In this document: in pieces, positions 9,352 to 19,256 of the stretch
Layout of the letters: each line of letters begins with the position of its first letter
Numbering within the stretch: the stretch's first letter is position 1
Assembly: GCA_017601245.1 (NCBI GenBank)
Contig: JAFNJB010000056.1
Coordinates: forward strand, 4,002-68,001
Origin: Candidatus Brockarchaeota archaeon
GTDB lineage: Archaea; Thermoproteota; EX4484-205; JAAOZP01
Length of the DNA stretch: 64,000 nucleotides
Direction: 5' to 3'
The notes under the pieces: model-generated
Told to the model about the DNA's origin: nothing
Databases searched by the model: none
The model's input: the letters and a program-made list of their open reading frames with translations, nothing else
Translations under genes and position numbers: made by a program

Positions 9352-10555
9352 TCTTAAACGCCTCCGTTAACAATTTGAAAGCCTTCTCAACATGCTCTTG
9401 TGGCAAAACTATTATGAAGTAGGATCCTAGTGTTATGATGCCATGTATGTTTACGCCCTCCTTAGCCAATGGGGCAGATATCCTGTATAATACGCCCGGT
9501 GTTTCATGCAGGTCTGTCCCACGTATTACAATACCTCTTAGGCCCTGTCTAACAGCTAGCCCCACAGAGTCCCCGTCAGCCATGAACACGTCATGCATCC
9601 TCTGAGCATATTCCTCGGGCATATCGCCTTCGAAATAGGCCAGTACCTCCTTATTGTTAGACAAAAAGCCTAGGAACCTACCGTTTTTATTAACCGATTT
9701 AATTATTTCTATTGCCCTCATTACCGAATTCGGACTCCTTCCGACAAAGACCACTGCCGACAATGGTTTTTCGACAATCTCCATGCTTAATGGTGGCATT
9801 GAAGACATTATGAGAGTGCCCTCATTCCTCAGAGTTTTAGAATCGTAACTTATCACCCTGACTTTAAAAGAAGGCGGTAGATAACGGAGCGACGCCTTAT
9901 GTATGAACTTGACGCCCACGTCAGCAAGCGCTGCGAGTTCCTCTGTAGTCAATTCATCAAGTTTCTTCGCCGATTTTATCAACTTTGGATCAGCGGACAT
10001 TATTCCAGATACGCTCGTGACAAGTATTGTATCAGCAGGGTTTAATGCAGATGCTAATATGAAAGCCGTGGAGTCGCTGCCTCCCCTCCCAAGGGTTGTG
10101 ATGTTATTATTCGAGTCCTTACCTATAAAACCTGGGAAAACGACCACATCGTATTCTTTTAAAAGATTCGATACTACCTGCCTTATTCTTCTACAGGACT
10201 CGTCTACAATTATTCTTGCATTACCGTAATTGCTATCCGTTATTATCGGCCACTCTTCGTAAGAGGGGTCTAGGAAAGTCGCCTTAACACCCTTAGCATT
10301 CAAAGTCGAAGAAAAGACTCTTGCACTCGTCCTCTCACCCATGGAAAGTATTTCATCTAACAGCTTTGCATCGTTAGCATCTTTGAAAAGCTGTATGAGA
10401 GTATCTGTTGTAGAACCCATTGCAGAAACTACTACGACAACTTTATTCCCATTCGAGACTTCTTGAGCAACGAGATCAGCAGCATGCTCAACCCTCTCTT
10501 TCGTCGAGAGGGCCGCACCACCGAACTTGACGACAAGAAGACGGTTGGAACTCAT
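9338..10555 (-). CDS. Aspartate kinase (canonical, with C-terminal ACT domains)
   Basis: LVVKFGGAALS, VVVVSAMGSTTD, TTLGRGGSDSTA and SADPKLI amino-acid-kinase motifs. GGAGG Shine-Dalgarno 10-14 nt upstream of ATG. Confidence 0.85.
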   Translation of the reverse strand: MSSNRLLVVKFGGAALSTKERVEHAADLVAQEVSNGNKVVVVVSAMGSTTDTLIQLFKDANDAKLLDEILSMGERTSARVFSSTLNAKGVKATFLDPSYEEWPIITDSNYGNARIIVDESCRRIRQVVSNLLKEYDVVVFPGFIGKDSNNNITTLGRGGSDSTAFILASALNPADTILVTSVSGIMSADPKLIKSAKKLDELTTEELAALADVGVKFIHKASLRYLPPSFKVRVISYDSKTLRNEGTLIMSSMPPLSMEIVEKPLSAVVFVGRSPNSVMRAIEIIKSVNKNGRFLGFLSNNKEVLAYFEGDMPEEYAQRMHDVFMADGDSVGLAVRQGLRGIVIRGTDLHETPGVLYRISAPLAKEGVNIHGIITLGSYFIIVLPQEHVEKAFKLLTEAFKIEED

Positions 10556-10745
10556 TACAACAACCTCCTAAAAAGCCGAGCCTAATAATAAGTCCAGAAG
10601 AAAGCCTTCCCAAGAGTCTTTAAAGAGGCTCCGGAAGGCTTCTCCACGTTGATTTCGAGATTGAGCATGGGGCACCCTTTCTAAGGTGCATTTAAAAAGT
10701 TTACTAGAGATTATTAAACGTATGATTACTGCCGTTTATAAATTC

Positions 10746-12320
10746 TTATGTATTCGAGAACTTAAGCAGGAAATACTTGTATCCTGCAACAAGAGCCTCT
10801 TCAGCCGCTTTCAGAATGTTTGTGGAAACGCCGATTGTCGTCCACCTGCTCCCATTAGATTCAAACTCTGCGAGTATCCTCACAGATGCTGCTGTCCCAG
10901 ACGGAGCATCTATTTCCCTAACCCTGAAACCTATTAGGGAAACGTATGCAATCTTAGGGTAGATTGGGCTCAACGCCTTTTTTAAAGCGTTGTCGAAAGC
11001 ATTAACCGGGCCGTTGCCTTCTGCTGAAGCTGTTACGCTTATTCCTCCGACTTTGACTTTAACGATGCATTCCACAACCTGCCTATCGCCCAGCCAGGTT
11101 ACTATAGAAGTCCAGTGTTCGAGTTCAAAGAGTTGAGGCAGACCATAGAGAGACTCGTATATTAAAAGGAAGAGGTTTCCGTCAGCATTCTCGAAAACGT
11201 AACCCTTTGCCTCCAGCTCCTTTACTTTTTTAAGAGCTTCGAAGATTCTAGGGTCTTTCTTATCGATTTCAAAACCCATTTCCTGAGCCTTAGCAGCAAG
11301 ACTGGCAGTACCGGATTGTGAAGAGACGACTATGGCCCTTGTATTGCCGAAGATGGCTGGGTCTGTAAATTCATAAGCCTCCCTGTTCTTTATAACAGCA
11401 TCGCCATGTACACCCCCCTTGTGGGAGAATGCGTATTTTCCAACGAAAGGTTGACGAGGATTTTCTTCGAGAGAAGCAATATCCCTCAAGTACTGCGAGA
11501 CTGTGGAAAGCATCCTTAGGTTAACGTTCATCTTACAATTGAACCTAGTGGCCAGCACTCCTATGACTTGTATAAGGTCGGCGTTTCCACATCTCTCACC
11601 TATACCGTTTATAGTCCCATGTACCATTACAGCCCCAGCTTTGACTGCAGCAATAGTGTTTGCAACAGCCATTCCAGTATCGTTGTGCGCATGAATACCT
11701 ACGGGGGTTTTGAAAAAGTCTACAACCTTCTTCGTTATTTCATAAACCTCCAATGGATCTGAAGCTCCGCGTGTATCAGCCAAGACTAAGAAGGATGCAC
11801 CGGCCTTCTCAGCGCTTTTTAAAACCTCCATGGCGTAGTCAGGATTATCCTTGTAACCGTCGAAGAAATGCTCTGCGTCGAATACTACTTCCTTCCCACA
11901 GTCCCTCAAGTATTTGACACTATCGTAAACCATATTTAGATTCTCTTCAAGCGTCGTGTTTAAAACATCCTTAACGTGAAGGACCCAGGCCTTTCCGAAG
12001 ATTGTTACGGTCGGTATTCCTGGTTGCACTAGGTATTTCAAATCAGCGTCTTCCTCAACCTTCACCATTGGTTTACGTGTCCTTCCGAAGGTTGAGATCC
12101 TAGCTCTAAGCCTATACTTTAAAATCCTTTGGAAAAAAGCGAGGTCTATCGGATTAGTTTCATTAGGCCAACCCCCCTCTATGTAATCCACTCCAAGGTC
12201 GTCGAGCTTAAGGGCTATCTTAATCTTATCTTCGAGCGAGAAGTTAACGCCTACGGCTTGGTTACCATCCCTAAGCGTAGTGTCGAAAACCAGTATTCTA
12301 TTCTCATCTTGACTAATCAT
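10746..12320 (-). CDS. leuA: 2-isopropylmalate synthase / (R)-citramalate synthase family
   Basis: [23 protein letters not shown] motifs, C-terminal LeuA dimerisation/regulatory domain. Length 524 aa. Confidence 0.8.
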   Translation of the reverse strand: MISQDENRILVFDTTLRDGNQAVGVNFSLEDKIKIALKLDDLGVDYIEGGWPNETNPIDLAFFQRILKYRLRARISTFGRTRKPMVKVEEDADLKYLVQPGIPTVTIFGKAWVLHVKDVLNTTLEENLNMVYDSVKYLRDCGKEVVFDAEHFFDGYKDNPDYAMEVLKSAEKAGASFLVLADTRGASDPLEVYEITKKVVDFFKTPVGIHAHNDTGMAVANTIAAVKAGAVMVHGTINGIGERCGNADLIQVIGVLATRFNCKMNVNLRMLSTVSQYLRDIASLEENPRQPFVGKYAFSHKGGVHGDAVIKNREAYEFTDPAIFGNTRAIVVSSQSGTASLAAKAQEMGFEIDKKDPRIFEALKKVKELEAKGYVFENADGNLFLLIYESLYGLPQLFELEHWTSIVTWLGDRQVVECIVKVKVGGISVTASAEGNGPVNAFDNALKKALSPIYPKIAYVSLIGFRVREIDAPSGTAASVRILAEFESNGSRWTTIGVSTNILKAAEEALVAGYKYFLLKFSNT

Positions 12321-12768
12321 CTTTGAGCCACCTAAACCTCGGATCCTTGAGTACAGCAGGATGATTAGGATCTACCATCACTACTTCGAACCACTTGTAA
12401 ACCCCATCCTCACCAACCCAATAGGAGCCGAGTACTCTCATATTGGGATACTTCTTGGCAGCTCTTTCTTCAGCCATCTTCTGCCTACTCTTCCCAGGCT
12501 TGAATAATACTACACCCATATGCTTTGGCCTTCTTCCAGACCTGGGCCTGGGCTTTCTCCTACCGCCCTTCCTAACCCTAGACCTTACGATTATGAACCC
12601 GGGCTTAGCCTTGTAACCGAGCCTCCTCGCAGCCTCTATATTAGTCGGCTTCTCAACCCTGACTACAGCCGGTTGACGCCTCCACTCTATCAGCTCTTTC
12701 CTACGAACTTCTTCAATAGCCTCCATTAGAAGCATTTTCGAATCTTTGGATAGTTTTACCCTCTTCAT
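12313..12768 (-). CDS. rpl15e: 50S ribosomal protein L15e
   Basis: Basic patch [17 protein letters not shown] and SYWV motif, 151 aa. Confidence 0.85.
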   Translation of the reverse strand: MKRVKLSKDSKMLLMEAIEEVRRKELIEWRRQPAVVRVEKPTNIEAARRLGYKAKPGFIIVRSRVRKGGRRKPRPRSGRRPKHMGVVLFKPGKSRQKMAEERAAKKYPNMRVLGSYWVGEDGVYKWFEVVMVDPNHPAVLKDPRFRWLKDD

Positions 12769-13727
12769 CTCCCTACACTCTTAATGCCGTTAAGCTGCGA
12801 TAGCATCCTTATAATCCTTCGTGCCAGCATCTTGGCTGTTTCCCTCTGGGCCTCAACTGTTTGAGCACCTATGTGCGGGGTAAAGACGACGTTAAGCCCT
12901 TCCGGTATCTTCGGCAATTTAGGCGGTTCACTACTGTATACGTCGAGCGCAACGCCCTTCAGCCTCCCACTTTTCAAAGCCTCTATCAGGGCTTCTTCAT
13001 CTACAACTTCACCCCTGGAGGTATTGACGAAGTATGCACCCGGCTTCATCATCGAGAATTCTCTAGCTCCGAACATCTTGCGAGTATTATCATTGAGAGA
13101 GACGTGTATCGTAAAGATATCGCATGTCCTGAGGGCTTCTTCAAGAGACATGTATAACAACCCCTTGGATAACACTTCGCTTTGGCTTACAAATGGGTCT
13201 ACGACAACTACTTCGCATCCGAATGCCTTTAGAAGCTTGGAGACTCTTTTTCCAACCCTCCCCCAACCGATTACTGCAACCTTCTTCCCCCAGAGCATTT
13301 CACCCTCGTGAGTACTCTTGCTCCAGACGCCGCATTTCATACATGCATCACAGAAAACAATCTTGCGTAGGAGGCAGAGTATTAGCCCGACTGTAAGCTC
13401 AGCCGTGGATTTAGCAACATAGTTTGGACAATTAACAACCTTTATTCCAAGCCTCTCAGCCTCTGCAACGTCGATATTGTCAAGTCCAGACCCAGCTCTA
13501 CCGACGAGAATAAGACGCCTACCTCTTGTTAAAACCTCTTTATCAACGCGTGTTCTACTCCTTACTATAAGCACGTGATAATCCCCTATAATTTTGAGGA
13601 GTTCCTCTCTATTTATGCCTGCCATGTTATCAACTCTAAGACCTGCATTCCGGAGTATGTTCAGCCCCTCTTCATGTATTTGATCGGCTATGAGCACTCT
13701 CATGTCATTAAGCATTGCTGAACGCAT
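12765..13727 (-). CDS. D-isomer-specific 2-hydroxyacid dehydrogenase (phosphoglycerate dehydrogenase / glyoxylate reductase-like)
   Basis: NAD-binding GWGRVGKRV and catalytic-domain pattern. TATA CTATATAAG (13755-13763) about 30 nt upstream. Confidence 0.7.
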   Translation of the reverse strand: MRSAMLNDMRVLIADQIHEEGLNILRNAGLRVDNMAGINREELLKIIGDYHVLIVRSRTRVDKEVLTRGRRLILVGRAGSGLDNIDVAEAERLGIKVVNCPNYVAKSTAELTVGLILCLLRKIVFCDACMKCGVWSKSTHEGEMLWGKKVAVIGWGRVGKRVSKLLKAFGCEVVVVDPFVSQSEVLSKGLLYMSLEEALRTCDIFTIHVSLNDNTRKMFGAREFSMMKPGAYFVNTSRGEVVDEEALIEALKSGRLKGVALDVYSSEPPKLPKIPEGLNVVFTPHIGAQTVEAQRETAKMLARRIIRMLSQLNGIKSVGR

Positions 13728-13754
13728 TCCCAGGGGTATCCGCTAATACAACCC

Positions 13755-13763
13755 CTATATAAG
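13755..13763 (-). promoter_or_regulatory. TATA box for the dehydrogenase-rpl15e-leuA transcription unit
   Basis: CTATATAAG lies about 30 nt upstream of the ATG at 13727. Confidence 0.4.
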
Positions 13764-13869
13764 CTATTAAGAGGGGTTATGCAGATAGTACTACATGGAC
13801 TCGCCTCATGCCTCTTAATTACACGTGATTTATGCATGGAGATGTGAAAAAATACTGCGTGGAACATTG

Positions 13870-13876
13870 TTTAAAT
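13870..13876 (+). promoter_or_regulatory. TATA box for the GTPase gene (leaderless)
   Basis: TTTAAAT lies 25-31 nt upstream of the ATG at 13901. Confidence 0.4.
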
Positions 13877-13900
13877 CCCGGCAATGTTTAGATTAACTTA

Positions 13901-15109
13901 ATGGTTACAAGGCTAGTTGGCCTGACTGGTAAACCCAATGTTGGGAAAAGCACGCTCTACTCTGCCTTAACATTGAATATCGTTAAAATTGCTGACTACC
14001 CCTTCACCACATTAACTCCCAACAGGGGCGTCGGCTATTTAAGGAAGAAGTGCGTTTGCAAAAGCCTTAACGTTACTGACAATCCTGTAAATTCCAAATG
14101 TATCAACGGCTTTAGGTTCATACCCGTTGAGCTCGTTGACCTCCCGGGAATCGTCCCAGGTGCCCATGAGGGCAGGGGTCTTGGAAACCAGTTCTTATCT
14201 GAAATAAGCATTGCTGATGCTCTAATACATGTTGTCGATGCTTCCGGCAGTTTAGATGCTGAAGGCAGGCCTGTTGATCCGGACCCAGAGAACACTATAA
14301 GGGACATAAGGTTTCTTGAGGAAGAGTATGATCATTGGCTTGCTGGGATAATAGAGAGGGGGCTCCAGAAAGTGCCGAGGACTAAGCCGAGTAGGGCGAG
14401 TGTTGAAGAATCGCTCAGCCATGTCTTAAGCGGTTTAGCAATAAGTAGGAGACACGTTGAAGAAGCAATCGAGAAAGTCAATCCTCCGGATAACATTTAC
14501 CAATGGAGTAAGAATACTATACTCGAGTTGGCGAAGAATATCAGAATGATAGCTAAGCCCATGGTTATAGCTGCAAACAAGATCGATAAGAAAGGCGCTG
14601 AGGAGGGGGTTAGGAAAATGAGGGAAGCAGGTTACGATCCGATCCCGATAAGCGCCGAGGCCGAATTGGTCTTAAGAAAAGCCACTGAAGCAGGTCTAGT
14701 GGAGTACTTGCCTGGAGATAGCGATTTTAGAATAGTCAACCCAAATGCGCTCAGTAAGAAACAGCTTGAAGCCCTTGAAATGGTTAGGGACAGGGTTTTA
14801 AAGCCCTGGGGTTCAACAGGTGTGCAAGAATTGCTGAACAGAGTGTACTTCAATGTTTTAAATATGATAACCGTGTACCCCGTGGAAGATGCGAATAAGC
14901 TTACGGATAAAAAGGGGAATGTTCTGCCAGATGTCTACCTTGTGCCAAGGGGGATGAGCGTTAGAGAGTTTGCAGGTCTAATACATACGGAACTCATGGA
15001 GAATTTTCTGTACGCTATAGATGCTAAGAGTAAGATAAGGCTGGGTGAGGACTATGTTTTGAAGGATGACGATGTGGTTAGCATAATCGCAGTTGGTAGG
15101 AGAGGCTAG
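13901..15109 (+). CDS. Obg-family GTPase (DRG/YchF-like) with C-terminal TGS domain
   Basis: G1 GKPNVGKST, G2 YPFTT, G3 DLPG, G4 NKID, plus C-terminal TGS-like domain. TATA TTTAAAT at 13870-13876, leaderless. Confidence 0.7.
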   Translation: MVTRLVGLTGKPNVGKSTLYSALTLNIVKIADYPFTTLTPNRGVGYLRKKCVCKSLNVTDNPVNSKCINGFRFIPVELVDLPGIVPGAHEGRGLGNQFLSEISIADALIHVVDASGSLDAEGRPVDPDPENTIRDIRFLEEEYDHWLAGIIERGLQKVPRTKPSRASVEESLSHVLSGLAISRRHVEEAIEKVNPPDNIYQWSKNTILELAKNIRMIAKPMVIAANKIDKKGAEEGVRKMREAGYDPIPISAEAELVLRKATEAGLVEYLPGDSDFRIVNPNALSKKQLEALEMVRDRVLKPWGSTGVQELLNRVYFNVLNMITVYPVEDANKLTDKKGNVLPDVYLVPRGMSVREFAGLIHTELMENFLYAIDAKSKIRLGEDYVLKDDDVVSIIAVGRRG

Positions 15110-15441
15110 TCTTCTTCCACCATGTATTTTTCAACGTAGTAGCCAACTTCTTTTTTCGGACCGTAGAACCTGAGGCCTTTCTCAATTATCGTATTCTTAA
15201 TTACTTGAGCAACTCTCTCCGAGAGCTCGCCACGTGAAACCAGGAAGTCGATTATTTGAAACGCCTCATCAACATTCTCGCATCTCCTTATGTAGTCGAA
15301 TACGTTTGGAACATATCCTTTAAGAGACTTGGGCTCAATCTTCTCAGAATACCCTTTTAAAGCGATTTCCATTAGTTCTTCTTCACTAAGGTTCCCAGAC
15401 AATTTAAGTAGCCTCAGCCAGGCTTGCCTTAACCTCCTCAA
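15106..15441 (-). CDS. Conserved hypothetical small protein (alternative start ATG 15372 would avoid overlap with S3Ae)
   Basis: 111-aa ORF in coding-dense context. No recognised motif. Confidence 0.35.
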   Translation of the reverse strand: MRRLRQAWLRLLKLSGNLSEEELMEIALKGYSEKIEPKSLKGYVPNVFDYIRRCENVDEAFQIIDFLVSRGELSERVAQVIKNTIIEKGLRFYGPKKEVGYYVEKYMVEED

Positions 15442-16006
15442 GTCTTATTGGAGCCTCGAGCATTTTCATCTTCTTAACGCCAGCAAGCTTTATCCTATGG
15501 AATTTCTTAGCCTCATTATAGAGGTCTGATTCTATTTTTCCGAAAACCAATTCTTGCACGAATTGAGCGTAATTGAGCTTACTGCATTTGTTAAGTATTA
15601 TTTCCATCATCGCCCTCCTCATCTTCTTCTTCTGAGTCTGAGAAGCCTTGTAACGTGTTATTGCAAGCACTGTAATCCGCATCTTGTAACCGTCTTTAGT
15701 AATCGCTTCAAAAACCCTATCTACCCTAGAAGAGCCCTTTCTCAACAGGCTTCTGATGAAATCCCTATCGAGCTCATATCCCCAGAAATCGGTTAAAGCA
15801 GTCTCGCCCCTAACACCTATCACCTTGAACTTTATCTTTACAGTCGTGTGAGAAGGATCGTCAGTAAGCTCGCTTAAAAGCAGGCTGATAGTCCTACCTA
15901 TTAAGTCGCTAGCATTATGAGTAACCAATTGGCAAATGGGCTTACCCCCCAGGTAGTCTGGGGCCGTCACCGTAAGCCACTTTTTAACTCCCTTCTGCTT
16001 TACCAA
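15404..16006 (-). CDS. rps3ae: 30S ribosomal protein S3Ae (S1e). Probable leaderless TTG start at 16006 rather than the track TTG at 16030
   Basis: KKWLTVTAPDYLGG, typical S3Ae. TATA AATATATTTAAA (16029-16041) lies 29 nt upstream of TTG 16006. Confidence 0.8.
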   Translation of the reverse strand: MVKQKGVKKWLTVTAPDYLGGKPICQLVTHNASDLIGRTISLLLSELTDDPSHTTVKIKFKVIGVRGETALTDFWGYELDRDFIRSLLRKGSSRVDRVFEAITKDGYKMRITVLAITRYKASQTQKKKMRRAMMEIILNKCSKLNYAQFVQELVFGKIESDLYNEAKKFHRIKLAGVKKMKMLEAPIRLEEVKASLAEAT

Positions 16007-16008
16007 GC

Positions 16009-17628
16009 TTGGGAGAACATCCGGAGACAATATATTTAAACTATGCTCCTCAGGCTCTACGAGTGTTGGAAGGTAGAAAAGGGCATATTAGGGATATTAG
16101 GCTGAGGGTTTCGGCGGAGCTTATCCTTAGCAGGGAGCTTATCGGTGACGAGGTTGAAAGGGTTGCCGACTACGCTTTAACAAGCTTCCCCAAGATATTC
16201 TCAAAGGGCGCACCCAGCGGAGAGGCTCCTCAAATAGAGGAGTTGACGGTGAAGGGTAATGTGATAAGCATAACCGTAGCCTCTGGAAGGAGAGTAAGGG
16301 CTCATGAAGCCATTAAAAGGGCTAGAAAGGCTATGGGTGAAGAACTTGGTCCAAGAATGGGGCTTGGAGTAAGGAGCATAAACATAAAGTCTTTCGAAGT
16401 CTCGTTTATAGGCGACAATCTTAGGGAGGTTAAACTACCTCTCGTAAAGAAGGTTGATGTATTCAGGGATTGTTTAAAATACTGGTTTGAACTTAGTGAA
16501 GCAGACCTCTACAACCAAGTGCCGGATAGGATAATAACCCTGTTTATTGAGAAACAGGAGGCCCTCCGAGAAGCTAGGGAAGTGCATAAGATAGTTTGGA
16601 GAAGCATTGAGAAGCCCGTGAAATACAACGGGGACCCTGGGCCGGTTATGGAGGAGGAGGGTTGGGTTAAAAGATTCCACCCAGGGATATGGTATTATCT
16701 TCAACCGTATACAAGCCTCTTGAGGATTTTCGAAAACCTGATCGTTGAGAAGGTACTAGAACCCCTAGGCTTCCAAGAAGTCGTCTTACCAAAGTTAATA
16801 CCACTCGAGGTTATGAAGAAAAAAGGCCAGCTTACCGGTATACCGCATGAAATGCTGTATGTCTGTGAGCCGGGTTTGAGAGAACTAGGCTTTTTCGAAG
16901 AATACGTTGATTCGGTCAAGGTTTTCAATAACACACTGCCTGAACTATTAAAGCCCTTGTTGAAAGAGCCTTCTTTCTGCTTACCCTATGCTCAATGCGA
17001 GCCTTTCTACGAGCTTTTCTCCGGAGAGATCGTCAACCTTGATAACCCACCGGTTAAGCTATACGACAGGTCTGGATTCAGCTTCAGGCATGAAGCCGGG
17101 GGGCTTAGGAGCCTTGAAAGGCTTACTGCATTCACCAGGATAGAAATAGTTTACTTGGGTAGGCCTGAAGAAGTCAGCGAGATAAGAGATCGGCTGATAG
17201 ACAATTACGTCAACTTATTGGACAAGATGCTAGATTTGGAAGTGAGGACTGCTGAAGTAACGCCCGTCTGGATGGCCCATGCCGGCGTAGTCAGCGATGT
17301 GGAGAGGAAGGTCCCGGCGACCCTTGACATAGAAGCCTACTTGCCCTTCAGGGGGGATAGGGAGTCTGCGGAATGGCTTGAAATAGCGAACGCATCCGTA
17401 CACTACGACAAGTACGTGGAATGGTATAACATCAAGGAGAGGAAGAACAGAGAGGTTTGGACGGGTTGTTCCGGAAACGGGCTTGAAAGGTGGATATACG
17501 CATTCCTGGCTAGACACGGTTTTAACGTTGAGGACTGGCCTACTGAAATTAAGAGGCTGTGGAAGTCTCCAAGCACGATATTCATGGACACGTGGCCGCC
17601 TCGAGTGTTAAAACAGCCTCCTCGATAA
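16009..17628 (+). CDS. Class II aminoacyl-tRNA synthetase resembling the atypical methanogen-type seryl-tRNA synthetase. Probable start GTG 16063
   Basis: Motif 2 SGFSFRHEAGGLRSLERLTAFTRIEI, motif 3 TGCSGNGLERWIYAFL. Cys about 40 aa before the motif-2 Glu and Cys in motif 3 match the Cys/Glu/Cys zinc-site spacing of mSerRS. About 170-aa N-terminal extra domain. Confidence 0.55.
   Translation: MGEHPETIYLNYAPQALRVLEGRKGHIRDIRLRVSAELILSRELIGDEVERVADYALTSFPKIFSKGAPSGEAPQIEELTVKGNVISITVASGRRVRAHEAIKRARKAMGEELGPRMGLGVRSINIKSFEVSFIGDNLREVKLPLVKKVDVFRDCLKYWFELSEADLYNQVPDRIITLFIEKQEALREAREVHKIVWRSIEKPVKYNGDPGPVMEEEGWVKRFHPGIWYYLQPYTSLLRIFENLIVEKVLEPLGFQEVVLPKLIPLEVMKKKGQLTGIPHEMLYVCEPGLRELGFFEEYVDSVKVFNNTLPELLKPLLKEPSFCLPYAQCEPFYELFSGEIVNLDNPPVKLYDRSGFSFRHEAGGLRSLERLTAFTRIEIVYLGRPEEVSEIRDRLIDNYVNLLDKMLDLEVRTAEVTPVWMAHAGVVSDVERKVPATLDIEAYLPFRGDRESAEWLEIANASVHYDKYVEWYNIKERKNREVWTGCSGNGLERWIYAFLARHGFNVEDWPTEIKRLWKSPSTIFMDTWPPRVLKQPPR
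16029..16041. promoter_or_regulatory. Shared bidirectional TATA element for divergent leaderless rps3ae (TTG 16006) and the aaRS gene (GTG 16063)
   Basis: AATATATTTAAAC is centred about 28-29 nt from each start codon. Confidence 0.45.
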
Positions 17629-17866
17629 GCTTCAAGTTTTGCAAGTATTCGTAGAGAGTGTATGCAAGCGACATTACCCCTCTCCTACATATTACTCTAA
17701 AGACGATCTTGCTATCCTTAATCTCTGAAAACGCTTTAACACCCTTGGCTTCAACCAATTCATCAGGCTTAGTAGACAAGTACACCAGTTTTGCTAAAGA
17801 CGGTTCTCTAAATTCTACTTCAAGTATTGCGAAGCCTACTGAACTGTTCTTCCGCAATTTTTTCAA
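17582..17866 (-). CDS. pcc1: KEOPS complex subunit Pcc1
   Basis: AILEVEFREPSLAKLVYLS...MSLAYTLYEYLQNLKLIEEAV follows the Pcc1 pattern (A.IEMEFPSEDVAKVVYEA...ALRGTVNSYLRWIKAAIDV). Confidence 0.5.
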   Translation of the reverse strand: MKKLRKNSSVGFAILEVEFREPSLAKLVYLSTKPDELVEAKGVKAFSEIKDSKIVFRVICRRGVMSLAYTLYEYLQNLKLIEEAVLTLEAATCP

Positions 17867-19256
17867 CGGCCTCCATGAAGCTTTGAAACCTTCTTTTGGG
17901 TATTACCGCACCGGAGGCGACATCATGGCCGCCACCCATGCCCCCAACTCTCCTCGCCGCTGAAGAAGCCAATAATCCACCGTCAAAACCCCTTTGCACA
18001 AGGCTCTTTGGAACCCTTATAGAAACCTTTAAAACATCATTTTCAGAGGCTGTGACCACGAGTATTTTCTCGAAATCCTTCGGTAGGCTTGCGGAGATTA
18101 TTGATGCTACTGGGCTTAAGACTCGAGGATCCACGATACCATCTCCGTTGTATAGCAATACCCTCTTAGACTCAACCCTGGCTCCGGGAATGCTCAAGAT
18201 ATTGGAGAGAGATTTCGACACCACCGTCCTATACTCCTTGCTTATCTGCTGGGCTTCTTCAAACAACCTGCCCCTTTCACCCATGGCTACGGCTAACCCT
18301 ATGTTTGAAAAGCCCATTCTGGCACAGGAGTTCAACAGCGCTGAAAACTCCCTCCCGTCTCTTAGAACAGTCCCCTTGGGTTCGGGTGTGAAAACGTAGA
18401 TAGTGCCAAACATGTTTTGAACACTCTCCGGAGAGAGGCCGAGGTCAGCCATATATTGCATCAGCCCCGTTAAAAGCTTGGACTTTTCAACTTCTGAGAG
18501 GTCGTTGAAAGTCCTCCAGGTATCGTCCTCCCTAACCTCTATGCCTAAGCTCTTCAGGAAGTTTAGAGCAACATTCTCGTCTCCAGTCAAACCCGGTATG
18601 ATAAAGTTTGAAGAGGATGCGATTGAAACATGCAGGGGGAGGGTCTCCCTGCCGAAGAAGACGAAATCCTCCTCTACTGAAACATAGCCATTCTCCTCCC
18701 CCTCAAGTACTATTGTAGAATTTAGACCTGAAAGAGATCTGTTCGGACCTACATCTTGCATATCTGCCAAGGCACCTACTATCGCCAGCTCATTCATCCT
18801 GCTGAAGTCTTCAACAAGATTCTTGAAAACAAGATATGAAACCCCCGATCCCGAGATATCTGAACCTCCATTTAAACCATGTTCATTAGGGTTTAGCATG
18901 AGAATCCCTCCGCGGTCGCCTTCCGGTTCATGATGATCCAATATGACGACTCTAGAAGGGTCGAGAACACTCTTTATCTCGTCCAAATATCCTGAGCCGA
19001 TGTCTAAGAATATAACGGGCTTTGAAAAACTGGCGATTTTTTCTAACGTTTCTTTATCGATTTGCTTAATCGACATCGCGCAGAACGAAGACCCAGTGTC
19101 CCTCAATGCTATACATGCTATTGCCGCAGCCGCAGTACCATCGGCATCAGCATGGAAAACTATGAGCACATCATCCCAGTCTAATGAGCTAAGCCTACCA
19201 GCCAGCTCTCTTGCTTTTGAAATAAAACCCCTCTGCGCATCCGACTGGTTAATCAT
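17820..19256 (-). CDS. DHH-family phosphoesterase, archaeal RecJ/Cdc45-like (GAN)
   Basis: DHH motif I FHADADGTAAAAI and DHHA1-like C-terminus (GGGH). 478 aa. Confidence 0.75.
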   Translation of the reverse strand: MINQSDAQRGFISKARELAGRLSSLDWDDVLIVFHADADGTAAAAIACIALRDTGSSFCAMSIKQIDKETLEKIASFSKPVIFLDIGSGYLDEIKSVLDPSRVVILDHHEPEGDRGGILMLNPNEHGLNGGSDISGSGVSYLVFKNLVEDFSRMNELAIVGALADMQDVGPNRSLSGLNSTIVLEGEENGYVSVEEDFVFFGRETLPLHVSIASSSNFIIPGLTGDENVALNFLKSLGIEVREDDTWRTFNDLSEVEKSKLLTGLMQYMADLGLSPESVQNMFGTIYVFTPEPKGTVLRDGREFSALLNSCARMGFSNIGLAVAMGERGRLFEEAQQISKEYRTVVSKSLSNILSIPGARVESKRVLLYNGDGIVDPRVLSPVASIISASLPKDFEKILVVTASENDVLKVSIRVPKSLVQRGFDGGLLASSAARRVGGMGGGHDVASGAVIPKRRFQSFMEAVEKIAEEQFSRLRNT

